A stretch of DNA of 64,000 nt from Octopus vulgaris (Eukaryota). Position 1 is the stretch's first letter. Each line of letters begins with the position of its first letter. The stretch lies in the NCBI GenBank assembly GCA_951406725.2, contig OX597824.1, positions 21,700,001 through 21,764,000 of the forward strand, written 5' to 3'. The notes under the pieces are model-generated. The model saw only the letters and a program-made list of their open reading frames with translations. It searched no databases and was not told the origin of the DNA. A program made the position numbers and the translations under genes. This document shows positions 1-12,156 of this stretch, piece by piece.

Positions 1-87
1 ATGACCTTGCAGGTAGGGCCCAGTTAGAATTTTCTTCTGGTTGAGTAGCCCACCCTGCACAAATGGTCCTTGAATAAGAGTTGTTTA
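1..87 (-). mobile_element. Fragment of ~550-bp TAA-associated non-coding retroposon (family T)
   Basis: Matches 29484-29570 and 57119-57205 (atgaccttgcaggt.gggcccagttagaa...); cut by the window edge. Confidence 0.85.
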
Positions 88-480
88 CTATCATCATCAT
101 CATTATTATCATTATTATCATCATTAACATCACCATTATTATTATTATTATTATTATTGTTAATTATTATTATTATTATTATTATTATTATCATTATTAT
201 TATCATCATCATCATCATTATTATTACTATTTTCATTATTTATTGTTGTCGTCATCATCATCATCATCATCACTAACCACTGTCACTACAACCACCACTA
301 CAACCCCACCATTACTACCATCACTACTACCATGACCACCACCACCACCACCACCACCACAACTGCTGCCACTGCTGCTACAACTGTTGTTGCCACTACT
401 GCCGCGACCAGAAGCATTCCATCACTGCCACCACTACCACCACCACCACCACGACCACCACCACCACCACCATTACCATT
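88..480. repeat. Compound trinucleotide microsatellite (ATC/ATT/ACC)
   Basis: Directly visible. Confidence 0.95.
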
Positions 481-825
481 ATGTTTCTACTTTCATCTCT
501 TTTTTTTTTTTTCCTTATTTTATAGAATTCTAATGTACAAACGAAAGAAGCAAGTTTTCAAGATTCTTTTGCAATTTCTGGCTTTGTTTGGTTGTATTTC
601 TGAACAAATACCATGAGAAAAATTTGCATGATTTAACCAATCATGAATTACAATATTGTCAAATTAACTTGTTTTATTAATTAGAATAAATAATTCATCC
701 ATTTTTCTATTTAGTATAATCAGACAATGGGAGGCAGGGAGAAGGGGGAGAGGAGCAGAGATTGTTAAAAGCGAAGAACGGCAACTGTTTGGCACCATGA
801 TTCTGGCTGTTGGTGTAAGAACAAT

Positions 826-1462
826 AGAGATGATGATGATGAGGAGGATGAGGATGAGGATGGTGATGATGATGATGATGAACGCACTGGTAACGGTGAT
901 AACGATGGTAGACAATGACAGTTATGATGATGATGAGAGCACTGCAGATGACAATGATGGGGGACGATGATTAATAATGGCGATGATGACGATAATGATG
1001 ATGATTGTGCTGCTGCTGCTGCTCCTGCTACTGATGATGAAGAGGCTGGTGATGATGATGATGACAATGCTGATGGTTATGATGATGGTGGTGATGCTGC
1101 TGCTGCTGATGATGATGATGATGAAGAGGGCGATGATGATGATGGTAGTGATGATGATGATGATGATGATGATGATAATGATGGGGATGATGATGCAGTG
1201 ATGATGACGATGATGTGGTGATGATGATGATGATGTGGTGATGATGATGATGTTGGTAGTGATGATGATGATGAGGATAATGATGATGATGATGATGGCG
1301 ATGGCAATGACGGCAACAATGGTGGTGATGATATGATGATGATGATATGATGACGATGATGATGATGATTAATGATTTAGAGAGATAGGTTTTTGGCATT
1401 TCTTCTTTTTCTTCCTCTTCTTCTTCTTCAACTTCTTCTTCTTCAACTTCTTCTTCTTCCAC
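826..1462. repeat. Compound (GAT)n and (TTC)n microsatellite
   Basis: Directly visible; source of poly-D/M/S/H ORFs. Confidence 0.95.
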
Positions 1463-1849
1463 TTCTTATTGTCTCAATAGAATTGATCTTTGCTGATGTA
1501 ATAAGTTAGCTGTGGGCCATAAATATTACATTTACCAATATTGGAATCAACTGTTGGCTTAATCTATTCTAATCTATTCTAACTGGGCCATAAATTTGCT
1601 GAATTCTTTGAAAGTTGTGCACAAGAAATTCTTCCATCTGCAAATGTGGAGTTTTCATGGCATTGGTAAACCGAATTCCAAGAAATAAACTGCAATTGAC
1701 GATCACAGAATAATGGTAGGAATATCAGCAAGAAGCGTTCAGTATTATATCTGGAGGTACCTAGCTTTAAAGCTGATGTTTATTTGGATCGTGTTTTTAT
1801 ATTAATCTTTAAAATCGAATGATAAGTGAGAATAATAAAATATTAATGT

Positions 1850-2071
1850 ATAACCCTTTTGTTACTGTATTTATTTTGAGATGCTCTGCGTTTCTTTTAA
1901 TTACTTTAAATATAAGAAAGAATTTAGTAAAATAACTGAGTTGTCATTTAGCTAGTGTTAGGAACATAAATTGTGACTAAGGTTTGGTGGAAGATTTTAA
2001 TTCAAAACTCATGAAAACAAGACATTTGTACTCAGAGACAGAGACAGCCGGGATGGTAATAAAAGGGTTAA
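1850..2071. mobile_element. TTAA-type (piggyBac-like) MITE
   Basis: Ends taacccttttgttac / gtaataaaagggttaa form short TIRs; related to 3363-3594. Confidence 0.7.
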
Positions 2072-2548
2072 GCCTACAATAAGGAAAAGTAGAGGTATCG
2101 TCTAGATGCAGTCCTACAGATTTAAAAGACCATACAGGATAATTCACTTCAGAAACACAGAGGAAAATCTGGTGATGAAGTTGGTGCTTTCATAAAGCTG
2201 TCGTGTGGTGGTTAAGAAAGAGTATATGCCACGTGGGTTGTGTAATATATTACTGGATGCAGTTGTGTAAATTGTGAGGCTTTTCAAAACACACACATAT
2301 GACAGGCTCTTTACGCTTTCCATCAACCAAATCCACTCATACAACTTTAGTTGGACAGGGGCCAAAGTAGGAGGAAATTGCCCAAGGTGCCAAACACTGA
2401 GACAGAACTTGAGATCACATTCTTAAGAAGCTTCTGACCATAATAGCCATGCCAGTCCCAGATGTATCATAAAAATGCAATTCTATAGATTTAAAAAGAT
2501 ACTGCATAATATATTTCAGCAATACAGAAGTTCATCAGGTGATGAAGT

Positions 2549-2952
2549 TACTCTTTTACTTGTTTCAGTCACTTGACTGTGGCCATGTTGGAGCACCGCC
2601 TTTTAGTCAAGCAAATTAACCCCAGGTCTTATTCTTTGTAAGACTAGTACTTATTCTATCAGTCTCATTTGTGGAACCGCTAAGTTACGGGGACCTAAAT
2701 ATGCCAGCATCGGTTGTCAAGTGATGTTGGGGGGGACAAACGCAGACACAGAAACATATACATACACACATATATATATACATATATACAATGGGCTTCT
2801 TTCAGTTTCCATCTACCAAATCCACTCACAAGGCTTTTCTCGGCCTGAGGTTATAGTAGAAGACACTTGCCCAAGGAGCCATGCAGTGGGACTGAATCCG
2901 GAACCATGTGGTTCATAAGCAAGCTACTTACCACACAGCCACTCATACGCCT
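2549..2952 (-). mobile_element. tRNA-derived SINE family A (CORE-like segment, internal TA/TG microsatellite, CR1-type tail), full length
   Basis: Reverse of ggcgtaggagtggctgtgtggtaag...ggttcagtccc...gcaccttgggcaagtgtc...ggcggtgctccagcatggcc...gtaaaagag; about 20 full or partial copies in window. Confidence 0.9.
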
Positions 2953-3362
2953 ATTGATGCTTTCATAAAGCTGTCGTGTGGTGGTTAACAAAGAGTATAT
3001 GCTACGTGGTTTGTGTTATATTACTGGATGCAGTTGTGTAAATTGTGAGGCTTTTCAAAACTCATCATGCTAGTAATTCCAAAATATACTAAAGAAAAAC
3101 TGAAAATAAAATATGCAAAACAACACTCCATGGCCAATATCCTGCAAGGCTTGATTGACAGAAAGAAGCCACTGTTAAAGACAACAGAAGTTCAAATGCT
3201 CTGGGCTAAAAGCAGAAACAGAAAATCTCTATTTAGATGTGCAGTACCAATGCCTCGCCACAAATAATTGCAAAAATGAAACCATAATATTACAAAAAAA
3301 AACCTAAGATCAAGCGAGTGCAACACAAATCAACAGAAGGAAGCAGTTTAGCATAGACATCA

Positions 3363-3594
3363 TTAACCCTTTTGTTACCATATTCCTCTTGAAATATGCA
3401 GGCTTTGTTTCAATTGATTTTGAAAATAATTAAGAATTTTGGGAAGTAACATTGTCATTATTAAGCTGGTGTTTGGAATATAAATTAACATGAGATTCCG
3501 ATGGAAGGCTTTTTAATTTGGATCACTTTAAAACGGGAATTTTGTATGATTGAATGAGGAGTGGTCACAGGAGGTGTAATATGAAAAGGGTGAA
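3363..3594. mobile_element. TTAA-type MITE (mirrored at 7178-7410)
   Basis: ttaacccttt...aaagggtgaa termini; similar to 1850-2071. Confidence 0.6.
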
Positions 3595-3749
3595 GCTGGC
3601 AATTATGTTCACTGAGTAATATGCCAACACTTCAATGGATAATTAGTTTTATAAACATATATCAAACATGATACGTGATAACAATCTGGCCACAATCATG
3701 AGAAACATTTGGACTGATAATGAAATCCAAGCAATTTATTCAGATAAAA

Positions 3750-3751
3750 TG

Positions 3752-3800
<49 letters not shown>

Positions 3801-4021
3801 GAAGAAGAAGAAGAAGAGCAACAGCAGCAACAACAACAGTAATAATAATAAGAAGGAGGAGGAGGAGGAGGAGAAGAAGGAGGAGAAGAAGGAGGAGAAG
3901 GGGTGGGGGAGAAGAAGGAGGAGGAGGAGGAGGGAGGCAGAGGAGTAGGAGAAAAAGAAGAAGAAGAAGAAAAAGAAGAAGAAGAAGAAGAACAACAACA
4001 ACATAAACAACAACAACAATA

Positions 4022-4055
<34 letters not shown>
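3750..4055. repeat. Compound (TAA)/(GAA)/(GGA)/(CAA) microsatellite
   Basis: Directly visible. Confidence 0.95.
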
Positions 4056-4622
4056 TGGATGGAACAAAAATGTCTGTAATCTAATAGATATCTTGATCTA
4101 TTCTGATCAAAATAGTGCATGAGCAGAAATAGTAAAAAAAACTCTGATAAAGTAAAGAGATTTTGAAATTAACATATGTGGGATGTGATATGTGAAAGTG
4201 AAACTATTTCAATAATAATTGAAACATTAGGTATGAAGAAGATTGTAACAATAGACTACCATGACAGAAAAGAGTGTGTAACCAGTGTAAGATCAGGGTA
4301 TGACAACAGCAAAGATATAAAAAGCACCAAGTGAATCAGTTTTTTTTTTGTGTCTGTGAAAGATGCATGTGTTAGCAGCGATAGCAGATTCTTGAAGTTG
4401 TCAAATTTTGTTACCAAAGTCGTGTGGTGCAAGTTCCTGCAGCAAGTTTATTTTAGCTGTGGCACAATTGCTGGTCAGTTACCAGATAAACTGTCCACTG
4501 CTGGTAACACTGTAGCTTACCATGACGAGGGTTTCAGTTGATCGGATCAATGGGACAGCCTGCTTGTGAAATTCGCATACAAGTAACTGAGAACTCTGCA
4601 GACACATGTAAAAAATAAAAAA

Positions 4623-4780
4623 AATAAATGTGCCCTTTTAAAGCCTAGCCAGGCTCATGGGCCCAGTTTCCCAGTTTCAATGGCGTATGTGTTCCCCAGC
4701 TGGATGGGTCACCAGTCCATCACAGCGTTACTCATTTTTGCCAGTTGAGTGGACTGGAGCAATGTGAAATAAGTGCTTTG
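4623..4780 (-). mobile_element. SINE family B (CORE plus V-like segment), 3' part
   Basis: Matches units of the 17950-18715 trimer. Confidence 0.85.
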
Positions 4781-4782
4781 CA

Positions 4783-5340
4783 GACTACCCCGTTGATGAA
4801 TGACAGGGACCTTCTCTTTGTGGCTGGTCACTTCAATGGACATGTTGGACAATATGCAGGGGGCTTCCCTGGCGTACATGGAGGCTATGGTTTTGGTTCC
4901 TGCAATGAGGAGGGAACCAGGCTGCAGGAGTTCTGCGATGCAAATGATCTTATGGTTTGCAATACTAACTTCAGGAAACCTGTCAGTCACCTAGTCACCT
5001 ACCATTCTGGCACACACACTAGCCAAATTGACTACATCCTCGCCAGGAAAAGGGAAAGATGGCTGCTTATAAATGCCAAAACCTTCCCAGGTGAAGAATG
5101 TACACCACAACATGGACTGGTAGTTAGTGACTTTAGGATCAGGGCTAAGTGGACACCCAGAAGATGACCAGCACGGAGGAGAAGGGTCTGGAAGCTTAAC
5201 GATCTTGTGAATGGACATAGATTTAGTGATGTATTACTCAAAGTCTTTGACGAAATAGAAGGGGATATAGCATCACATGATGTGGAAGACAACTGGAGGT
5301 TTCTATGGGACAACCTGCTGAGGGCCACTGACCAGATCTA
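4783..5340 (+). pseudogene. RTE-clade LINE fragment, AP-endonuclease domain
   Basis: GHFNGHVG...HGGYGFGSCNEEG..LQEFC...TY.SG...SQIDYIL...QH.LVV motifs; stop at 5167. Confidence 0.9.
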
Positions 5341-5752
5341 AGAGCACCATCCAAGCATGATAGTTGCCAGTGGCATGTAAAAAGCACCATTTGAGCATGA
5401 TCATTACCAGAGTCGCCTTACTGGCACTTGTGCCAGTGGCATGTGAAAGACAACATTGAGCGAGGTCCTTGCCAGTGTCGCTGGACTGGCTCCTGTGCAG
5501 ATGACATGTAGAAAACACTTTTTGAACATGGTTGTTGCCAGCACTGCCTGATTGGCCCTTGTGCCGGTGACACTAAAAGCACTCACTACACTCTCAGAGT
5601 GGTTGGCATTAGGAAGGGCATCCAGCTGTAGAAGCTCTGCCAGATCAGATTGGAGCCTGGTGCAGCCATGTGGCTGCAGTCCTCAGTCAAACCGTCCAAC
5701 CCATGCCAGCATGGAAAGCGGACATTAAACGATGATGATGATGATGATGATG
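5341..5752 (+). mobile_element. Family H element (hairpin-monomer array plus RTE-type tail, (GAT)n)
   Basis: Repeated gtgccagtggcatgtaaaaagcacc units; ggaagggcatccagctgtaga; caacccatgccagcatggaaagcggac.ttaaacgatgatg. Confidence 0.85.
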
Positions 5753-6474
5753 GTTTCAATTTCTGGACTGGGAAATACATTATGTCCTTGAGCAATGCAC
5801 CTCATTTCATGTTGCTGTAGCCTACTAGTGATTATAATTTAGTAACGTGTACTATGCTTTCACTAATTTTTTGAGTCTACATCAGTAGACTCTCTTGGTC
5901 ACTGTACCCATACTCAACTGGTACTCATTTACAACTGAGTAGATCAAAACAACATGAAATGGAATGACTTGTCCAAGGACATAATATAATGCCCAGTCCA
6001 GGAATTGAAACTATGACAGTATAATCATGAAACAAACACCCTAACCACTAGTTTATGCACCTTCACAATGAAAGAATCTTTATTGAGCTATTTTATTGAA
6101 CAATAGCTGTTTGAAATATATTTTGATGTTTGGTGGTGATTACAAAGAGTATGGGTTGTTCGAGATGTCTAATTGGATGGTGACTGCAAGTTCTACTGAA
6201 TTGAAAGTGTCTAGCATAGGATGTGGGCCTGTGCCAAACATGGCTGTTCCTTGGATCCCTCCTATAAATTTCGTTTTAGTTTATGTTTGTCTTCTTCATA
6301 CCTAATGTTTCAATTATTATTGGAAATGGTTTCACTTTCATGGATCACATCCCGCATATTTTAATTTCAAGATCTCTCTATTTTATCAGAGTTTTTTACT
6401 ATTTCTGCCCATGAAGTGTTTTGATCAGAAGAGATCAAGATATCTATTAGATTACAGGCATTTTTGTTCCATCC

Positions 6475-6541
<67 letters not shown>

Positions 6542-6585
6542 CTGAATAAATTGCTTGGATTTCATTATCATTCCATTATCATTAT

Positions 6586-6988
6586 AGGCGTAGGAGTGGC
6601 TGTGTGGTAAGTAGCTTGCTTACGAACCACATGGTTCCAGGTTCAGTCCCACTATAGCCTCGGGCTGACCAAAGCCTTGTGAGTGGATTTGGTAGATGGA
6701 AACTGAAAGAAGCCCGTCGTATATATGTATATATATATATATGTGCATGTACATGTGTATATGTTTGTGTGTCTGTGTTTGTGCCCCCAAGATCACCTGA
6801 CAACAAATGCTGGTGTGTTTATGCCCCCCGTAACTTAGTGGTTTGGCAAAAGAGACCAACAAAATAAGTACTAGGCTTCCAAAGAATATGTCCTGGGGTC
6901 GATTTACTCGACTAAAGATGGTACTCCATCATGGCCACAGTCAAATGACTGAAGCAAGTAAAAGAGTAAAGAGTAAAGAGTAAAGAGT
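6586..6988 (+). mobile_element. SINE family A
   Basis: Head to gtaaagag tail; small internal deletion after the B box. Confidence 0.9.
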
Positions 6989-7818
6989 ATTATTATTATT
7001 ATTATTATTATCATCATTATCATTTTATCTGAATAAATTGCTTGGATTTCATTATCAGTCCAAATGTTTCTCATGATTGTGGCCAGATTGTTATCATGTA
7101 TCATGTTTGATATATGTTTATAAAACTAATTATCCATTGAAGTGTTGGCATATTACTCTGTGAACATAATTGCCAGCTTCACCCTTTCCATATTACACCT
7201 CCTGTGACCACTCCTCATTCAATCATACAAAATTCCCGTTTTAAAGTGATCCAAATTAAAAAGCCTTCCATCGGAAATCTCATGTTAATTTATATTCCAA
7301 ACACCAGCTTAATAATGACAATGTTACTTCCCAAAATTCTTAATTATTTTCAAAATCAATTGAAACAAAGCCTGCATATTTCAAGAGGAATATGGCAACA
7401 AAAGGGTTAATGATGTCTATGCTAAACTGTTTCCTTCTGTTGATTTGTGTTGCACTCGCTTGATCTTAGGTTTTTTTTTTATATTATGGTTTCATTTTTG
7501 CAATTATTTGTGGCGAGGCATTGGTACTGCACATCTAAATAGAGATTTTCTGTTTCTGCTTTTAGCCCAGAGCATTTGAACTTCTGTTGTCTTTAACATT
7601 GGCTTCTTTCTGTCAATCAAGCCTTGCAGGATATTGGCCATGGAGTGTTGTTTTGCATATTTTATTTTCAGTTTTTCTTTAGTATATTTTGGAATTACTA
7701 GCATGATGAGTTTTGAAAAGCCTCACAATTTACACAACTGCATCCAGTAATATAACACAACCCACGTAGCATATACTCTTTGTTAACCACCACAAGACAG
7801 CTTTATGAAAGCATCAAT

Positions 7819-7982
7819 AGGCATAGGAGTTGCTGTGTGGTAAGTAGCTTGCTTACCAAGCACATGGTTCCGGGTTCAGTCTCACTGTATAGCACCTTGG
7901 GCAAGTGTCTTCTACTATAGCATCAGGCCGACCAAAGCCTTGTGAGTGGATTTGGTAGACGGAAACTGAAAGAAGCCCACAC

Positions 7983-8032
<50 letters not shown>

Positions 8033-8255
8033 GTGTGTATGTATATGTTTGCGTGTGTGTTTGTCTCTACAACATTGCTTGATAACTGATGCTGGTGTGT
8101 TTACGTCCCCGTAACTTAGTGGTTTGGCAAAAGAGACCGATAGAATAGAATAAGTACTAGGCTTACAAAGAATAAGTCCTGGGGTCGATTTGCTTGACTA
8201 AAGGTGGTGCTCCAGCATGGCCACAGTCAAATGACTGAAACAAGTAAAAGAGTAA
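7819..8255 (+). mobile_element. SINE family A (mirror position of 2549-2952)
   Basis: Full consensus match; same flanks as the left-arm copy. Confidence 0.9.
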
Positions 8256-8629
8256 CTTCATCACCTGATGGACTTCTGTATTGCTGACGTGTATTATGCA
8301 GTATTTTTTTAAATCTATAGAATTGCATTTTTATGATACATTTTGGACAGGCATGGCTATTATTGTTAGAAGCTTCTTAACAATGTGGTCTCAGGTTCTA
8401 TCTCAGTGTGTGGTACCTTGGGCAAGTTCCTCCTACTATGGCCCCTGTCCAACTAAAGTTGTATGAGTGGATTTGTTTGATGGAAACTGTAAGAAGCCTG
8501 TTGTATGTGTGTATGTTTGTGTGTACTGTTGTATTGACATCATGTTATGATTATAAGTGATCATCGCCATCATACGAGCAATGTTGTTCATTTGCAGTCT
8601 TGGGGAAATATTGCTTGCTTTAAAACAGG

Positions 8630-9232
8630 TGACGCTTGGTGACAAGAAGGGCATCAGGCTGTAGAAAAATCTGTCACAACTAATTTCATCTGACCCATGC
8701 AAGCATGGAAAAGTAGTCGTTAAATGATGATGATGATGATGATGATAATGACAATGATGACGAAAATAATAATGATGATGAGGAGGATGAGGATGATAAT
8801 GAGAATGGTGATGATGATGGTGACAATGACGACGACGACGACAAAGATAATGATGATGATGATGATGATGGTGGTGGTGACAATGATGATGATGATGAGG
8901 AGGAGGAGGATGATAATGAGAATGATGATGATGATGATGACGATGATGATAATGGTGATGATGATGGTGACAATAATGATGACAAAGATAATGATGATGA
9001 TGATGATGATGAAGATGAAAATGGTGATGATGATGGCGACAATGATGATGATGATGATGATGAGGATGATAATGAGAATGATGATGATGATGATGATGAT
9101 GACGATGATGATAATGGTGATGATGATGGTGACAATAATGATGACAAAGATAATGATGATGATGATGATGAAGATGAAAATGGTGATGATGATGGCGACA
9201 ATGATGATGATGATGATGATGATGATAATGAT
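8630..9232 (+). repeat. Old RTE-tailed SINE end with greatly expanded (GAT)n tail
   Basis: gaagggcatcaggctgtagaaa...gacccatgcaagcatggaaaagt..gttaaatgatg then ~500 bp GAT-rich tract with an internal ~160-bp duplication. Confidence 0.8.
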
Positions 9233-9479
9233 CTAATTTCCCTTGTTGTAGATTTAGTGTTTGCCATTTTTGATGTTATATTGCGTATTTTATTCATTTG
9301 TTGTATAGATTATGTGGTGTGTGAAATGTGTTATTCTGCTGGACATTGATTGTGTTGTGCAGGTTGTGTAAACAGTAAAAAACAATAATACAACACGATT
9401 ATACATAAACACAGTCCATCCAGTATATCACCACCAATGCGATCACTACTCAGCATAAAAGCACAAGGAAGATAAACAG

Positions 9480-10450
9480 AATAAATAGAAAAAAATGGAA
9501 CTACATGGCCAATTCATGCAACAAAATGAGAATGCTGGAAGTAAAGAACGATGGCTCTGGTTGATGGACAGGAACTTGAAACTAGAGACTGAATTGCTAA
9601 CTTTAGGAACAAGTCATTAGAACAGATTTAATTAAGAAATGAATTGATAAAACTCAGTCAGACAGCAAATGTAGAATCTGCAGGAAAGAAGATAAAAATA
9701 TCAACCACCTTTTGGGTGAGTGCAATATACTAGCATGAAAGGAGTATAAAGTGCAGGCATGACTGTTTAGGCAAAAGAGTCAAAAGAGTGCATTTGGTTG
9801 TTAGCCAAGCATGTGGCTTCAAAATAATAGAAAAGTGGTATGAACATGAACCAGAGGCCAACGATTGAAAATGAGAATTACAAGAACAGGTGGGATTGCC
9901 TCATAAAGACTGACCATACTGTTGAAGCAAGAAAGCCAGTTATGATTTTAGAAGACGAAATAAATAGAGCGTAGGAGCGGCTGTGTGGTAAGTAGCTTGC
10001 TTATGAACCATATGGTTCTGGGTTCAGTCCCACTTAGGCAAGTGTCTTCTACTATAGCCTTGGGCTGACCAAAGCCTTGTGAGTGGATTTGGTAGATGGA
10101 AACTGAAAGAAGCCTGTCGTATATATGTATATATATATGTATGTGTATGTGTATGTGTGTCAGTGTTTGTCCCCCCAACATCGCTTGACAACCGATGTTG
10201 GTGTGTTTATGTCCCCGTAACTTAGCAGTTTGGCAAAAGAGACCAATAGAATAAGAGAGTAAGAATCATAGATTTTGCAATTGCCAATGATAGCAGAGTT
10301 GATACCAAACTATTTGAAGAATTTGAGAAATATCTGGATGCAGCCAGAGAACTGAAAAGACTGTGAACAACAATTATTCCTGTAGCAATTTGTGCACTTG
10401 GCACAACACCCAAAATGCTTCCTAAAAGAATGTAATAAATTGGATTTGAA
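9480..10450 (+). pseudogene. R4/Dong-like RLE non-LTR retrotransposon fragment (CCHC knuckle plus restriction-like endonuclease), split by a SINE
   Basis: KCRICRKEDKNINHLLGEC at 9667-9723; WYEHEPE; TDHTVEARKP; IIDFAIAND; PVAICALG; many stops and frameshifts. Confidence 0.85.
9967..10254 (+). mobile_element. SINE family A, 3'-truncated
   Basis: Consensus match nested in the RLE fragment. Confidence 0.9.
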
Positions 10451-10573
10451 ACTTGGAAAGTACATTTGTTGTCACCAAATTTCAAGATAAAGTACCTGCT
10501 AACTAAATTAGCATGCACTAGAATAGTAATAATACTAATAATAATAATAATAATGATGATGATGATGATGATC

Positions 10574-10790
10574 GAACTGCCTATATCCTACACAAAATAC
10601 TTTGTATGTAACCTCAAGTTTTAAAACAAACACAATTTTCTTATGGCATCTTAAACATTCTCTAGAACAACACTATGTACAAACCAAATATATGGCACCC
10701 TAGGTATAACTTGTTGTCTCTTGAGGTCTCTGGGTGAGACTTGGAGTCAACTTGTACAAATGTAAAGCAAAAGTCAAACATAAAATAATA
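10574..10790 (+). mobile_element. RLE retrotransposon 3' end (same family as 19925-20100 and 20805-21225)
   Basis: TAYILHKIL* plus 3'UTR ending aaagtcaaacata-(TAA)n. Confidence 0.85.
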
Positions 10791-10929
10791 ATAATAATGA
10801 TAACAATAACAACAACAACAACAACAATAATAATAATATTAATAATAATAATAGGAGTAGTAGTAGCAGTAGTAGTAGTAGCAGCAGTAGCAGTAGTAGT
10901 AGTAGTAGTAGTAATAATAATAATAGTAC

Positions 10930-11105
10930 ATGGAACAAATAGGGGCTGCCATAAAGGTGGAGCACTTGCAGAAAGCAGCACTGCTTGGAACCAATTGAAT
11001 ACTCCAGATGGTGCTTGAAAACTAAGGGGTGTTACCTTAGTTCATCGGTAGGGAACAGCTGGCACTGTAGTACATCTCCAGTGTTAGAAGCTGTGCAAAA
11101 ACAAT
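10930..11105 (+). mobile_element. RLE retrotransposon 3' end (family of 21228-21600)
   Basis: VEHLQKAALLGT motif; TAA tail. Confidence 0.8.
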
Positions 11106-11106
11106 A

Positions 11107-11144
<38 letters not shown>

Positions 11145-11298
11145 GAAGAAGAAGAAGAAGAAGAGAAGAAGAAGAAGAAGAAGAAGAAGAAGAAGAAGAA
11201 GAAGAAGAAGAAGAAGAAGAAGAAGAAGAAGAAGAAGAAGAAGAAGAAGAAGAAGAAGAAGAAGAAGAAGAAGAAGAAGAAGAAGAATAACAATAATA

Positions 11299-11343
<45 letters not shown>
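11105..11343. repeat. (TAA)n, (GAA)n, (TA)n microsatellites
   Basis: Directly visible. Confidence 0.95.
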
Positions 11344-11345
<2 letters not shown>

Positions 11346-11504
11346 CATACAGAAAATTGCACTACTGGGGACTGCACACATCCTACGCAAAACACTTTCA
11401 ATACAGTAACCATAAGAGCATCACAGCAAATCACAGCACATACTCAAAGCACACAGCTGTGCTCTGTAGTGAAGTGAAAGCATGCTATAAAAATAAAACT
11501 ACAG

Positions 11505-11510
<6 letters not shown>
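11344..11510 (+). mobile_element. RLE retrotransposon 3' end (third family)
   Basis: NIQKIALLGTAHILRKTLSIQ* plus short UTR and (TAA)n. Confidence 0.8.
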
Positions 11511-11560
<50 letters not shown>

Positions 11561-11624
11561 TAATAATAATAACAATAATAATAATAAAATATCTCAAGAA
11601 AGGAATATGAAAAGCTTTCCCACT

Positions 11625-12156
11625 TTAAACTATAAAACTATAAAAGCTAATAAACCGGATATTATTATAAAAGATCAAACAAAAAAGGTGTTTTTATTAA
11701 TTGACATGAGTAATCCTTGTGATCACAATATAGCAGCGAAAGAATTTGACAAGATCAGTAAATATAAAGACCTGCTAATAGAAATTGAAAAAATGTGGTA
11801 TCTCAAGGCGACTACAGTACCAGTGATTGTAGGATCTCTAGGAATGATAAAAAAAGGTACTGAAACCTATTTGTAAATGATACCAGGCTTACCATCCCTA
11901 CAGGAAGTGCAAAAAATCGTCTTAACTGGAACGGCTCATGTACTGAGAAGAGCATTATCACTGTGAAAACAACATCTGTTCATGAATTTATTTATTTATT
12001 AATTTTTATAAATGCATATTTTACCTGTGAATTTGCATGTGTAATCTGGAAATGAGCTTCATACAATGAGCTTCTCTGTCCTAGGTGTAGGGAAAACACT
12101 CGGCAAGAAATGGAAGAAACTTTGAAGAAAGAAGGAAAAAAAAATAATAGTAATAA
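11625..12156 (+). pseudogene. RLE retrotransposon 3' fragment, endonuclease domain
   Basis: NKPDIIIKD...LIDM..P.D.N...KE..K..KYKDL...PVIVGSLG...VQKIVLTGTAHVLRR; internal stop at 11876. Confidence 0.9.

Larger units (their letters stand above)
2290..4241 (+). repeat. Left arm of ~2-kb inverted duplication
   Basis: Reverse complement of 6290-8515; mirrored ORFs 3067-3267(+) and 7504-7704(-) are near identical. Confidence 0.95.
6290..8515 (-). repeat. Right arm of ~2-kb inverted duplication
   Basis: Reverse complement of 2290-4241, with an extra SINE at 6586-6988. Confidence 0.95.

Noticed and set aside
24-1462. Many ORFs rich in D, M, S, H, P, I, Y (here and throughout the window)
   Set aside because: They are translations of microsatellites, open in several frames and on both strands, with no domain signal
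3067-3267. 66-aa ORF present twice (also 7504-7704)
   Set aside because: Duplication reflects the near-identical inverted arms; no recognisable domain or splice structure
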